DNA of 64,000 bases from Candidatus Thorarchaeota archaeon (GTDB lineage: Archaea; Asgardarchaeota; Thorarchaeia; Thorarchaeales; Thorarchaeaceae): positions 34,601 to 98,600 of the forward strand of contig JBHLRP010000005.1 in the NCBI GenBank assembly GCA_048882485.1. Direction: 5' to 3'. Shown in pieces: positions 19,648 through 27,729 of this stretch. Under the pieces are notes generated by a model, which ran no database searches, was not told the origin of the DNA, and saw only the letters and a program-made list of their open reading frames with translations. Position 1 is the stretch's first letter. The number at the start of each line of letters is the position of its first letter. Made by a program: the position numbers and the translations under genes.

Positions 19648-20514
19648 ATTTCCGAAGAGCTAGACCATATTATCGAGGATATCATCACGGGATCAGAAGC
19701 TGATATTGCTGCGGTTCTGAGTGCAATAGCTAGCAAGGTTCGTTTGGCGATTCTTGTAGCTTTGAATAAAGTGCCGAGAGAGTTTAGCGAGCTGATGGAG
19801 ATCTCGGGACTAAGTAAGACTGCATTGGCGCATCATCTCAATAGACTAGTAGAGAATGGACTCATTATCCATGCTAGTCGAGGCTTCTATGAGATAAGCT
19901 CCGATGGTGTTGATTTTCTTAGAAGCATCAGTGCCGCTTACGCCTCTTCGAGAAGACGCCATGACCATGAATCTGCTCGTCGGGTGGACTACATCCAGCG
20001 TGTGCATACCAAGAGGAAAGACAAAATGGACGATCTCGAGGTAAGAATAGAAAAGCTTGAGCCTATGCGAGTAGCCAGGTTTCAGGCAATAAGCAAGTCT
20101 CCAGAGAATGACGCATGGGAAAAACTGCGGACATGGGCTGAACCGCGTGGGCTTCTTGATGATGTCAAGAGGAATCCGGTCTTCGGATTCAATAGTCCGG
20201 ATCCATCACCTGGCAAAAAGGAGTATGGATACGAGTTTTGGATCAAGGTCGGAGAAGATGTAGAATCCAAAGGAGACGTAGAGGTCAAAGAATTCGAAGG
20301 GGGTCTTTATGCTGTCACCACTACACCTCTGAAGGCAGATCCCTATGTCACTGATGAAGGGATTATGATTATCGGTGCATGGAAGAGGTTGGGAGAGTGG
20401 ATAAAGGCCAGCAAATACGAATTCGGAGATCAACAATGCTTTGAGCGAGCACATGAGATTGGTGTATCCGAAGACGACCTGATACTTGATCTCTACTGGT
20501 CAATCAAGGAGTAG
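19648..20514 (+). CDS. ArsR-type wHTH fused to a GyrI-like effector-binding domain
   Basis: SKVRLAILVAL...FSELMEISGLSKTALAHHLNRL; then PMRVA, FGFNSP, GYEFWI, EFEGGLYAV. The frame is open upstream of TTG 19744; possible ATT start at 19648. Confidence 0.8.
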   Translation: MSEELDHIIEDIITGSEADIAAVLSAIASKVRLAILVALNKVPREFSELMEISGLSKTALAHHLNRLVENGLIIHASRGFYEISSDGVDFLRSISAAYASSRRRHDHESARRVDYIQRVHTKRKDKMDDLEVRIEKLEPMRVARFQAISKSPENDAWEKLRTWAEPRGLLDDVKRNPVFGFNSPDPSPGKKEYGYEFWIKVGEDVESKGDVEVKEFEGGLYAVTTTPLKADPYVTDEGIMIIGAWKRLGEWIKASKYEFGDQQCFERAHEIGVSEDDLILDLYWSIKE

Positions 20515-20528
20515 TCAAAACAAACTTG

Positions 20529-20607
20529 GTGTGGAACGCAGACGCGCACACTCAGCTGCGAGCTCAAGGGTGCATGTGCATCTGTGCCCCACACTTTCTT
20601 TTCTTTC
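20529..20607 (+). terminator. Long imperfect hairpin followed by a T-tract
   Basis: GTGTGG...CCACAC outer stem, GCAGACGCGC/GTGCATCTGT inner stem, then TTTCTTTTCTTT, directly after the 20514 stop. Confidence 0.55.
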
Positions 20608-20679
20608 GTTTGCGCTATTTTGTGTTTCCATAGCGAAATCAGTAACGCTCATAGGTCAGGATTACGCACACAGCCCATC

Positions 20680-21486
20680 ATGACTGAAGTAGAGAAAATC
20701 TTTGAGATAATAAACAATAGACGGTCAATGCGCTGGTTTCTCGACAAGCCGGTGACGGATGAGGTTCTTCTCAAAATGCTGGAAGCTGGAATGAGAGCTC
20801 CATTTGCATCCCAGCTGTGTTCTGTCGTCTACACTCGGGACAAGGATAAGATGAAGAAGTTGAAAATGGGGTCATATCCTACAGCTCCGTTGCTCTTAGT
20901 CTTCTTGATTGATGTAAGGCGCCTCGAGAAGATAATGGTCAAACGCAGTCACAACTATGAATACGATGACCTGATGACACTATGGCTTGGTATCCAGGAT
21001 GTCACCTTGGCAGTAGAGAACCTCACACTTGCGGCTGAAGCATTAGGACTTGGATCTGTTCTCCTTGGGAACGCCCCTCTCCGTGCAGATATCATATCCG
21101 AGACTTTCAATATCCCGAACCGTGTGTTTCCTGTTGTGGGCATGAACTTGGGATATCCGGACCCTGCAGAAAAGACAGAGATTCGTCCTCGATTCCCGAT
21201 TCAGTATAGCGCATTTGAGGACTCATATTTGGATCACTCTGAAAGTGACATTGACGAGTGCATGAAAGTGATGGATGAAGGGATGTTGGCCCAGGGGTAC
21301 TATGTCAAAGAAAGAACGAAGGTCAAACTAAAGGAAGGGAAGGATGACATAGGCTTTGATCAGTATTCCTGGTGTGAACACATTTCAAGAAAGATGTGCC
21401 AAGGCAGATGGTCCGTTGATGATCTCTTTACAATTCTCCAACACCACGGCTTCAATCCAACTGATGAGAGAGATCCACAGATTTGA
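20680..21486 (+). CDS. Nitroreductase family protein
   Basis: NRRSMRWFLDKPV, RAPFAS, AAEALGLGSV.LG, PVVGMNLGYP, RPRFP. Confidence 0.9.
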   Translation: MTEVEKIFEIINNRRSMRWFLDKPVTDEVLLKMLEAGMRAPFASQLCSVVYTRDKDKMKKLKMGSYPTAPLLLVFLIDVRRLEKIMVKRSHNYEYDDLMTLWLGIQDVTLAVENLTLAAEALGLGSVLLGNAPLRADIISETFNIPNRVFPVVGMNLGYPDPAEKTEIRPRFPIQYSAFEDSYLDHSESDIDECMKVMDEGMLAQGYYVKERTKVKLKEGKDDIGFDQYSWCEHISRKMCQGRWSVDDLFTILQHHGFNPTDERDPQI

Positions 21487-21502
21487 AGGGATGTAGCGCA
21501 AT

Positions 21503-22480
21503 TTGTCAGAGAATCGTTTGCTCTATCTTTCGCAAGCCGATGTAATCGCCACCGGGCTTACTATGAGTGAAATCGTGGACGCGTTGGAAGTTGCATTTCG
21601 AGAGAAGGGGAAAGGGCTCGTTGAAATGCCGCCAAAGCCTGGGATACATCCCGGAGACGGAAACAATTTCATCCACGCAATGCCTGCATACATCCCATCC
21701 CTAAAATCTGCAGGAGTAAAGTGGGTGAGCGGCTTCCCTGAGAACGAGAAGAGAGGGCTTCCATACATCTCGGGACTATTGATTCTCAATGATTCAGAAA
21801 CTGGCCTGCCAATATCTGTTATGGACTGCATTTGGATAACAGCAATGAGAACAGGAGCTGCTACTGCAGTCTCCGCAAAATATCTTGCTAGAAATGACTC
21901 TTCATCAGTTGGAGTATTGGGATGTGGTGTCCAAGGACGAAGCAATATCGAGGCCTTGGCGGTGGGATTTCCCCTGGAGAAGGTGATAGCCTACGACATA
22001 AACACGAACTCAGCTAGACTCTATGCAAAGGAGATAAGCGATAGGTTTGGCCTTGAAGTTGAAGTGGTCAATAATCCCAAGCAGGCTGTGACAGGATGCG
22101 ACATAATTGTAACAGCTGGACCAATTCTGAAAAAGCCTCATGCGACTATCAAAGCAGGCTGGATGGACGAGGGTGCATTCGCCTCGCTTGTGGACTTTGA
22201 TTCCTATTGGCATCCAGATGCGCTTCGCGAGAGTAGTAAATTCTGCACCGATGACACTGCCCAGCTTAGACACTACCAGGAGATTGGCTACTTCCAGAAC
22301 ATCCCGCCAGTCCATGCAGATCTTGGTGAGCTCGTTGCAGGGGTAAAATCAGGACGGCAAACCCGGAAAGAGAAGAACATGACTGCGAATCTCGGGCTAG
22401 CATTGGATGACATGGCTGTGGCACCGCTGATATACCATCGGGCAATAGAACAGGGCATAGGGACATGGCTGACCCTATAG
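21503..22480 (+). CDS. Ornithine cyclodeaminase / mu-crystallin family (archaeal alanine dehydrogenase-like)
   Basis: MPPK, HAMPA, GVKWVS, ITAMRTGA, GCGVQG, GLALDD. Confidence 0.9.
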   Translation: MSENRLLYLSQADVIATGLTMSEIVDALEVAFREKGKGLVEMPPKPGIHPGDGNNFIHAMPAYIPSLKSAGVKWVSGFPENEKRGLPYISGLLILNDSETGLPISVMDCIWITAMRTGAATAVSAKYLARNDSSSVGVLGCGVQGRSNIEALAVGFPLEKVIAYDINTNSARLYAKEISDRFGLEVEVVNNPKQAVTGCDIIVTAGPILKKPHATIKAGWMDEGAFASLVDFDSYWHPDALRESSKFCTDDTAQLRHYQEIGYFQNIPPVHADLGELVAGVKSGRQTRKEKNMTANLGLALDDMAVAPLIYHRAIEQGIGTWLTL

Positions 22481-22488
22481 CAGGTCTT

Positions 22489-22645
22489 GGTTGATTCATA
22501 GAAGCAGTGTAAAGGGGCAATGAGCCCCTGCCAGAGCCCATTGCCACCAGGTCCCTTGCAAATCCAACCATTTGTTTGCTTTTGAGGAGGTAAGGAAAGG
22601 TTGCATTTCAAAGTTCGTTCATGTTTGTGTCCCAATTTGGGACAT
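22489..22645 (-). ncRNA. Candidate structured small RNA (or 36-aa ORF at 22496-22606)
   Basis: Minus-strand TATA at 22667-22675; 13-bp hairpin with G-U pairs and a GGCA loop (22516-22545); outer helix; anti-SD-like TTACCTCCTC. Confidence 0.35.
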
Positions 22646-22657
22646 CCCAATCTGGGA
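22628..22657. promoter_or_regulatory. Tandem palindromes TGTCCCAATTTGGGACA and TCCCAATCTGGGA
   Basis: Same CCCAATTTGGG core as 23295-23305 upstream of the AbrB-like gene. Confidence 0.6.
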
Positions 22658-22697
22658 AGCACCTTCTATTTAAAACTTTGGGTGAGCATTTGAGCTG

Positions 22698-23225
22698 TCA
22701 AAGATAGAAGTCGACTTTCGTAACGCCCTTCATCTTGAGGATTCGCTTCTTCAATGCCTCGGGATCATCAGGAATGGGGGTGAGTATTCTCCACTCTACA
22801 GCATCTTTTTTTATGATGCGTACAATCAGTGCTTCACTGGCATCTAGGAGGGGGATAATTCGAAGCTCCTTCACACCATCTTGTCTACCAAAAGGAATAG
22901 CAATCAAATAGGAATCACGGGTGATCTCTAACATGTTGCGGATTATTCTGCTGGTATGTATTCTGCCTGCTTTGTTCACTTCCAGTGGAACTACATCATC
23001 GCCATCTCTCAAAGCTCCTTCTACTATAGGCGTAGTTGAGTGATCCTCACTGAATACAGATGTCAGTCTAAGTGCCCGATCTGTTGGAGTGATGACCGCA
23101 ATTATTGTTATCGAATCGGTGCTCTTCTCAAGTTGTTCAATATGATTCTCAATACCAAGATACTCTCGGGCAGATTTAGGAATGACAAGTCTGCCTCGGT
23201 CATCAATCCTCAGTATCTCGCGCAT
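22698..23225 (-). CDS. Double AbrB/SpoVT domain regulator with a partial ACT-like C-terminus
   Basis: LRIDDRGRLVIPKSAREYLGI and LEVNKAGRIHTSRIIRNMLEI; C-terminal EW...PEALKKRILKMKGVTKV. Start is 23225 or 23285. Confidence 0.75.
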   Translation of the reverse strand: MREILRIDDRGRLVIPKSAREYLGIENHIEQLEKSTDSITIIAVITPTDRALRLTSVFSEDHSTTPIVEGALRDGDDVVPLEVNKAGRIHTSRIIRNMLEITRDSYLIAIPFGRQDGVKELRIIPLLDASEALIVRIIKKDAVEWRILTPIPDDPEALKKRILKMKGVTKVDFYL

Positions 23226-23294
23226 CTTCAATTTCCTTCGCCTCAAAGCGTCTATAACGAGTGTAAATCGTTGATTCGTTAGCAATGTCTATTG

Positions 23295-23305
23295 CCCAAT
23301 TTGGG
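23295..23305. promoter_or_regulatory. CCCAATTTGGG palindrome upstream of the AbrB-like gene
   Basis: Third copy of the motif; probable autoregulatory site. Confidence 0.5.
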
Positions 23306-23470
23306 AGGAGATAAGCTATCGAATCATTTGGTTTGGGCTTTCTCTTAAGTTTATCGAGGAGATGCATAGAATCCCGCTAACTTCATTTTCCTTCTAGAAC
23401 GATATAAGATGCCGGCAGACTTGCAGACTAGCAAGAAAGAAATGTGACCGTTTGACTCTCAAAATCTGCT

Positions 23471-24217
23471 ATGGTGGAGCTAGTCTTTGGAGATCCCAAT
23501 GCACTTGACATTATAATGGCCGTATCGACTGGTATCTTGGGAGGCATCGTCTTGGCTGTTGCATACAAGTGGGCAGCGCAGGGAGTAGCCAAATGGAAGC
23601 CCCGCAAGATTGTGCACATAAGTATGGGAACTATCATCGCACTGACTGTAATGCATTACACCAATCTCAGTGGGCCATCATTGGCGGCGGGAATATTCCT
23701 GACTATACTTCTCTACGCATGGGCTCACAAGAGCACGCTAATAGAGGAACTTCTACTAGCTGGCAGCAGACAGAGTGATCAAAGAATGGCTACATTTGCG
23801 GCTGGCTTTATGGGGATGATAGCATTTGGATCGGTATTCCTCTTCTTCTTTCAACAACCAGAAATAATCGTTGCATCGATTCTTGCGGTTTCATGGGGTG
23901 ATGCAGCCGGTGAGGTAATTGGAAGACCCTATGGCTGCCGATTCATCAAGAAACGAATTAAAGGCAAATCGTTTGAGGGTTTTCTTGGTGTATTTGCATT
24001 TTCCCTCCTTTCTGTTGTTACTGCAATGTTGATTTTCCCATCAGGAATATCACCGTTGTTAGTCCTACCACAAATAGCAGCAGTAGCATTGGTAATAGCG
24101 GTTATTGAGCTGCTGAGTATTGCCTGGACAGACAACTTCTTGATTCCAATTCTAACTGCAATTTTGATTTGGCAAGTCCTCTTTCCTACCACTGCGTTTT
24201 GGTTCTTGATGGTCTAG
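23471..24217 (+). CDS. CTP-dependent polyprenol/phytol/dolichol kinase family membrane protein
   Basis: RKIVHI, SWGDAAG..IG, KSFEG, ELLS...DNFLIP; multiple TM helices. Confidence 0.85.
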   Translation: MVELVFGDPNALDIIMAVSTGILGGIVLAVAYKWAAQGVAKWKPRKIVHISMGTIIALTVMHYTNLSGPSLAAGIFLTILLYAWAHKSTLIEELLLAGSRQSDQRMATFAAGFMGMIAFGSVFLFFFQQPEIIVASILAVSWGDAAGEVIGRPYGCRFIKKRIKGKSFEGFLGVFAFSLLSVVTAMLIFPSGISPLLVLPQIAAVALVIAVIELLSIAWTDNFLIPILTAILIWQVLFPTTAFWFLMV

Positions 24218-24228
24218 TATCTAATGTA

Positions 24229-25143
24229 CTAGATGGACTCTTCCCATCGACTCAGCCGTTCAATTCCGGAGTCGCCAAGCTCACAGAACAGTTTGAGCTC
24301 ACAGAGAATGCTGTTCCAGCCGATATCATACCCCACAACTGATTCCGGCTGTTGGAACCCGTGATGATGAAGTGTAACAAGTGTGTCACCATTGATTTCC
24401 TCGAAACGGATGTTTACCTTCGTTTCTGGCTCATTCCCATAAACCCAGGAGAATTCAATCTCTTCATCCTGGTACATTTTCGTAAAGACCACTGGACCCA
24501 TGCCCTCTGCCCACCAGGTATATAGTCCGGCATATTGGGGGTCTATTTTAGGGTCATCTGCCCGAATGAATCGTTTCAGCTTTTCTAGATTGGTGAACAC
24601 ATCAAATGGAAGTGACGGGGGTGCTTTGACGTGAACGCCTATTCGAACCTCTTTGGGATCATAGCGTGTAATCCTAAGGGGTCGATAGTCCGAGTAGTCG
24701 AAACGCAGTGCTGGGCTCCCCAATTCCAATACAGCTTTGAAATTGCCTAATAGGATGTTCCAGTGTTCTGGAAGATGGAAATCCAATGCAGAGTCTGGAA
24801 TCGCACCATGTTTTAGCTCAAGATAGGTGCGGCGAGGACTTTCTCGAAATCTCAGGACGAAGAGCGTCTTCGTGCCCATGATATCCCAGCTAAGGAGAAT
24901 TCCCTTCTTCTCAGTAATCTCTTCAATGTCCCATTTGTTCCCAAGCTCAGATGTCGTTGGCGCATTATTGCCTAAAAACGTGATTGAACCACCAGCCCGA
25001 ATGTCGGCAGATATCTCGTTACCAAGCCATTGAAGCATAATGACCGGATCAATGAACTTCTCCCAAACCTCATCCAGCCGCTTATTCAAGTTAATTCGCA
25101 TTCTGATGACAGGAGCCACCTCTTCCCTCGGAGACATTGCCAC
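24229..25143 (-). CDS. Tandem SRPBCC (AHSA1/START-like) domain protein
   Basis: Two repeats with VW..F..P....QW, LLSW/EFSW, T.LEL.H/TLVTLHH, W...L..LK. Confidence 0.8.
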   Translation of the reverse strand: MAMSPREEVAPVIRMRINLNKRLDEVWEKFIDPVIMLQWLGNEISADIRAGGSITFLGNNAPTTSELGNKWDIEEITEKKGILLSWDIMGTKTLFVLRFRESPRRTYLELKHGAIPDSALDFHLPEHWNILLGNFKAVLELGSPALRFDYSDYRPLRITRYDPKEVRIGVHVKAPPSLPFDVFTNLEKLKRFIRADDPKIDPQYAGLYTWWAEGMGPVVFTKMYQDEEIEFSWVYGNEPETKVNIRFEEINGDTLVTLHHHGFQQPESVVGYDIGWNSILCELKLFCELGDSGIERLSRWEESI

Positions 25144-25298
25144 AGTTCCTCAACCTCGCAGTCTGGCCTAATGCATTCTGCCCTTATTTGCCTGACGCTG
25201 ATGTATTGCCATATTATAAAGCCAGAAATCATGAGCCGCTACAAAGGTTAATGTGCACTTATTTTTCTTTTCAATCACTCACACTTGAGGGATTTGTA

Positions 25299-27566
25299 AT
25301 GCGCCGTGCATCACTTCTAACTTGTCTTCTTATGGTTCTGATATCTTTGGGTTCTTTCAGTCCAATGCGGAGTATTGCTAGCAAGCCAACTGATGTTCAT
25401 ACTGTTGCTGATACAGATCTCAATCGAGTAGAATGGAAAACGAACCATTTTCCGAATCCGGGATTTGAGATGTGGCAGAACCCGTATTCTCCTGATCGTA
25501 TCTCCAACTGGAGGACAACTGAACGATTTACGTGGTATGCATCAGCACCTTGGCCTGTAAACGAGAGTGCGCGTTCAATTGGGCTACAATCTCGTGCGGA
25601 AGATATCTTCCATCCCGGCGATGCAATACTCACTAGGTCTAGTTGGCTCTACTGGGACAATCCTTCGAATTGTACCCTGAAATTTGACTGGTATCTTGAC
25701 GAGATGGCAGTGCCAACTAACCAGGACTCTTTCAGAATTAGGGTGCAGCTCGGCGCTCCGGGCACAAGATATCTCTACTACTATCTTGGGTCTCAAGACA
25801 ACAATGTGGTGAATGGTTCTCAATCGGGATATTTCGCACTTCAAGGATCCATGGATACATGGAATGTCTTTCACCGAAATCTGACTCAGGACTTCTATGA
25901 AGTGTTTGCGATTTATCCAACGCAATTTCAGCAATTCAGATTTCAATTATTGACAGAGTCAAGCTCCTATTCACGCGCGTTCATCGACGACATATGGCTT
26001 ACGAATACAACCACTGTGATAGGTGGAAGTATAGGAAATGGAAACCTCGAAACCAACGCTGACTGGTATTACTACACGCCCTATGAAGCCGCGATAATAT
26101 CACAGAGTTCAACCAGAGTAGAAGGTGACTGGAGCCTGAACATGACTGGTATGTCGAACGGAAATGAGAGTCGTGCAGAAGCAACTTACTATCCCGATAT
26201 CAGAACCTCCAGCCTTAACAAAGACAGACTTCGTTTCCAATGGATGATCGATGATTTCGAGCATGCATCAGACGATACCTATGCATATCTATTCGTTCAA
26301 GCTGAGAATAGTTCTCAAGAGTCATTCTATATTTACTATGTCCTCTGCCGGGGAGCTGGCCCATTGTCGTTTGGATTCTCGGGAGCTAACATTGTTGACG
26401 CAACAGGATTCAACACAACAGGGCAATGGAATCTGTTTGATAGGAGCATCTGGGACGATGTCAATGCGTTCAATCAGACGGAGGATCTCGCCATTAGGGA
26501 AATTGAGCTTAGAATCTATCTTAGAGAAGCAGGTGCTCGTTTGAGCGTCCTATTTGATGATATTGCGCTAGTTTCCTCAGCATTGAATGGCATGAGCTAC
26601 GAGGACCAAGGTGATATCGGGGACCGGATTTGGTCATGGAATATTGACTCAGTTCCTGACCCTAAACTCACAGTGACAAGCGACGCTCATACTGGTTCCA
26701 AGGCAGCAAACTTGACAATTACCAACGGCGATACTTATGATGGGCAGCAATCCTTCGACTATCGACCTATTAACAACGAAACCGACACATGGCTCGACTT
26801 GTATTGGCGACTAGACACCTTTACTGACATAGGAGATGATCTCCTTCTCCTTGAGGTATACTTTGATTCCGGTGTGGGATTCGCATATTTACTTGCGAAT
26901 GCATCGAACGTTCCCACTGGAAATGGGTTTGATAAGCTCTTCATTGTGCCAGAGGTGAACACTGTCGGAGTGTGGCATAATCTGCAGAGGAATCTCTTCG
27001 ATGATTATAAGGCAGCCGTTGGAACTGAGCCTAGTACAGGAATTAGCGAGGTCTATCTATATGCTGAGTGCGACAATGCAGGGGGGCATGTCGAGGTAAT
27101 CTTTGATGATGTATATCTCTACAATGATCCTGCGCCAGACATCCTTGAAATATATCAAATTCCGGTATCAGTAGATGCAACTGATGATGTTATGGTCGTC
27201 GCCGAAGTGATTGACCCAAGTCTAGATGCAGTCACTCTGTATTATCGTGTAGACAGCGGCACCTGGATGGAACTTGAGATGATCTATGTATCAGGCCTCG
27301 GACATAGGGCAATCATTCCAGCCCAGACTGAGGGATCTGAAGTAGAGTACTATGTCAATGCCGCTGATGCGTTTGGACAAAGTACTGAGTCATCCACAGC
27401 TTCATATGATGTATTGACGATTCCCACCACGTCTTCGACAACAACGCCGGAGCCCGAGCCCCCTGACATGACGGTTCTATTTGTGGCTGCAGTTGGTGGA
27501 GCGATAATTATAGGAATCCTCTTGGCCTATTTCCTCGTTGCCAAGCCAAAACAACAAGTCGAGTAG
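25299..27566 (+). CDS. Surface protein with three tandem CBM-like beta-sandwich domains, an Ig-like domain and a C-terminal TM anchor
   Basis: Signal peptide MRRASLL; three repeats ending W..RN/RS..DD and F(I)DD; Thr/Pro linker followed by a TM helix. Confidence 0.75.
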   Translation: MRRASLLTCLLMVLISLGSFSPMRSIASKPTDVHTVADTDLNRVEWKTNHFPNPGFEMWQNPYSPDRISNWRTTERFTWYASAPWPVNESARSIGLQSRAEDIFHPGDAILTRSSWLYWDNPSNCTLKFDWYLDEMAVPTNQDSFRIRVQLGAPGTRYLYYYLGSQDNNVVNGSQSGYFALQGSMDTWNVFHRNLTQDFYEVFAIYPTQFQQFRFQLLTESSSYSRAFIDDIWLTNTTTVIGGSIGNGNLETNADWYYYTPYEAAIISQSSTRVEGDWSLNMTGMSNGNESRAEATYYPDIRTSSLNKDRLRFQWMIDDFEHASDDTYAYLFVQAENSSQESFYIYYVLCRGAGPLSFGFSGANIVDATGFNTTGQWNLFDRSIWDDVNAFNQTEDLAIREIELRIYLREAGARLSVLFDDIALVSSALNGMSYEDQGDIGDRIWSWNIDSVPDPKLTVTSDAHTGSKAANLTITNGDTYDGQQSFDYRPINNETDTWLDLYWRLDTFTDIGDDLLLLEVYFDSGVGFAYLLANASNVPTGNGFDKLFIVPEVNTVGVWHNLQRNLFDDYKAAVGTEPSTGISEVYLYAECDNAGGHVEVIFDDVYLYNDPAPDILEIYQIPVSVDATDDVMVVAEVIDPSLDAVTLYYRVDSGTWMELEMIYVSGLGHRAIIPAQTEGSEVEYYVNAADAFGQSTESSTASYDVLTIPTTSSTTTPEPEPPDMTVLFVAAVGGAIIIGILLAYFLVAKPKQQVE

Positions 27567-27729
27567 AAGATAGCCTAGTCTATCATGTCTGGGCTTCTAC
27601 TACCTCCACCTAACTATTTTATTGTCTAGGTGCATGCATGTACTAGGACTCTGAGCCGGATTAGGGCGACCGCTGCAATTCTCCTTGTGGAAATCAAGGC
27701 TCTGCGTGATTCCCATGAAGTGGATGAAC

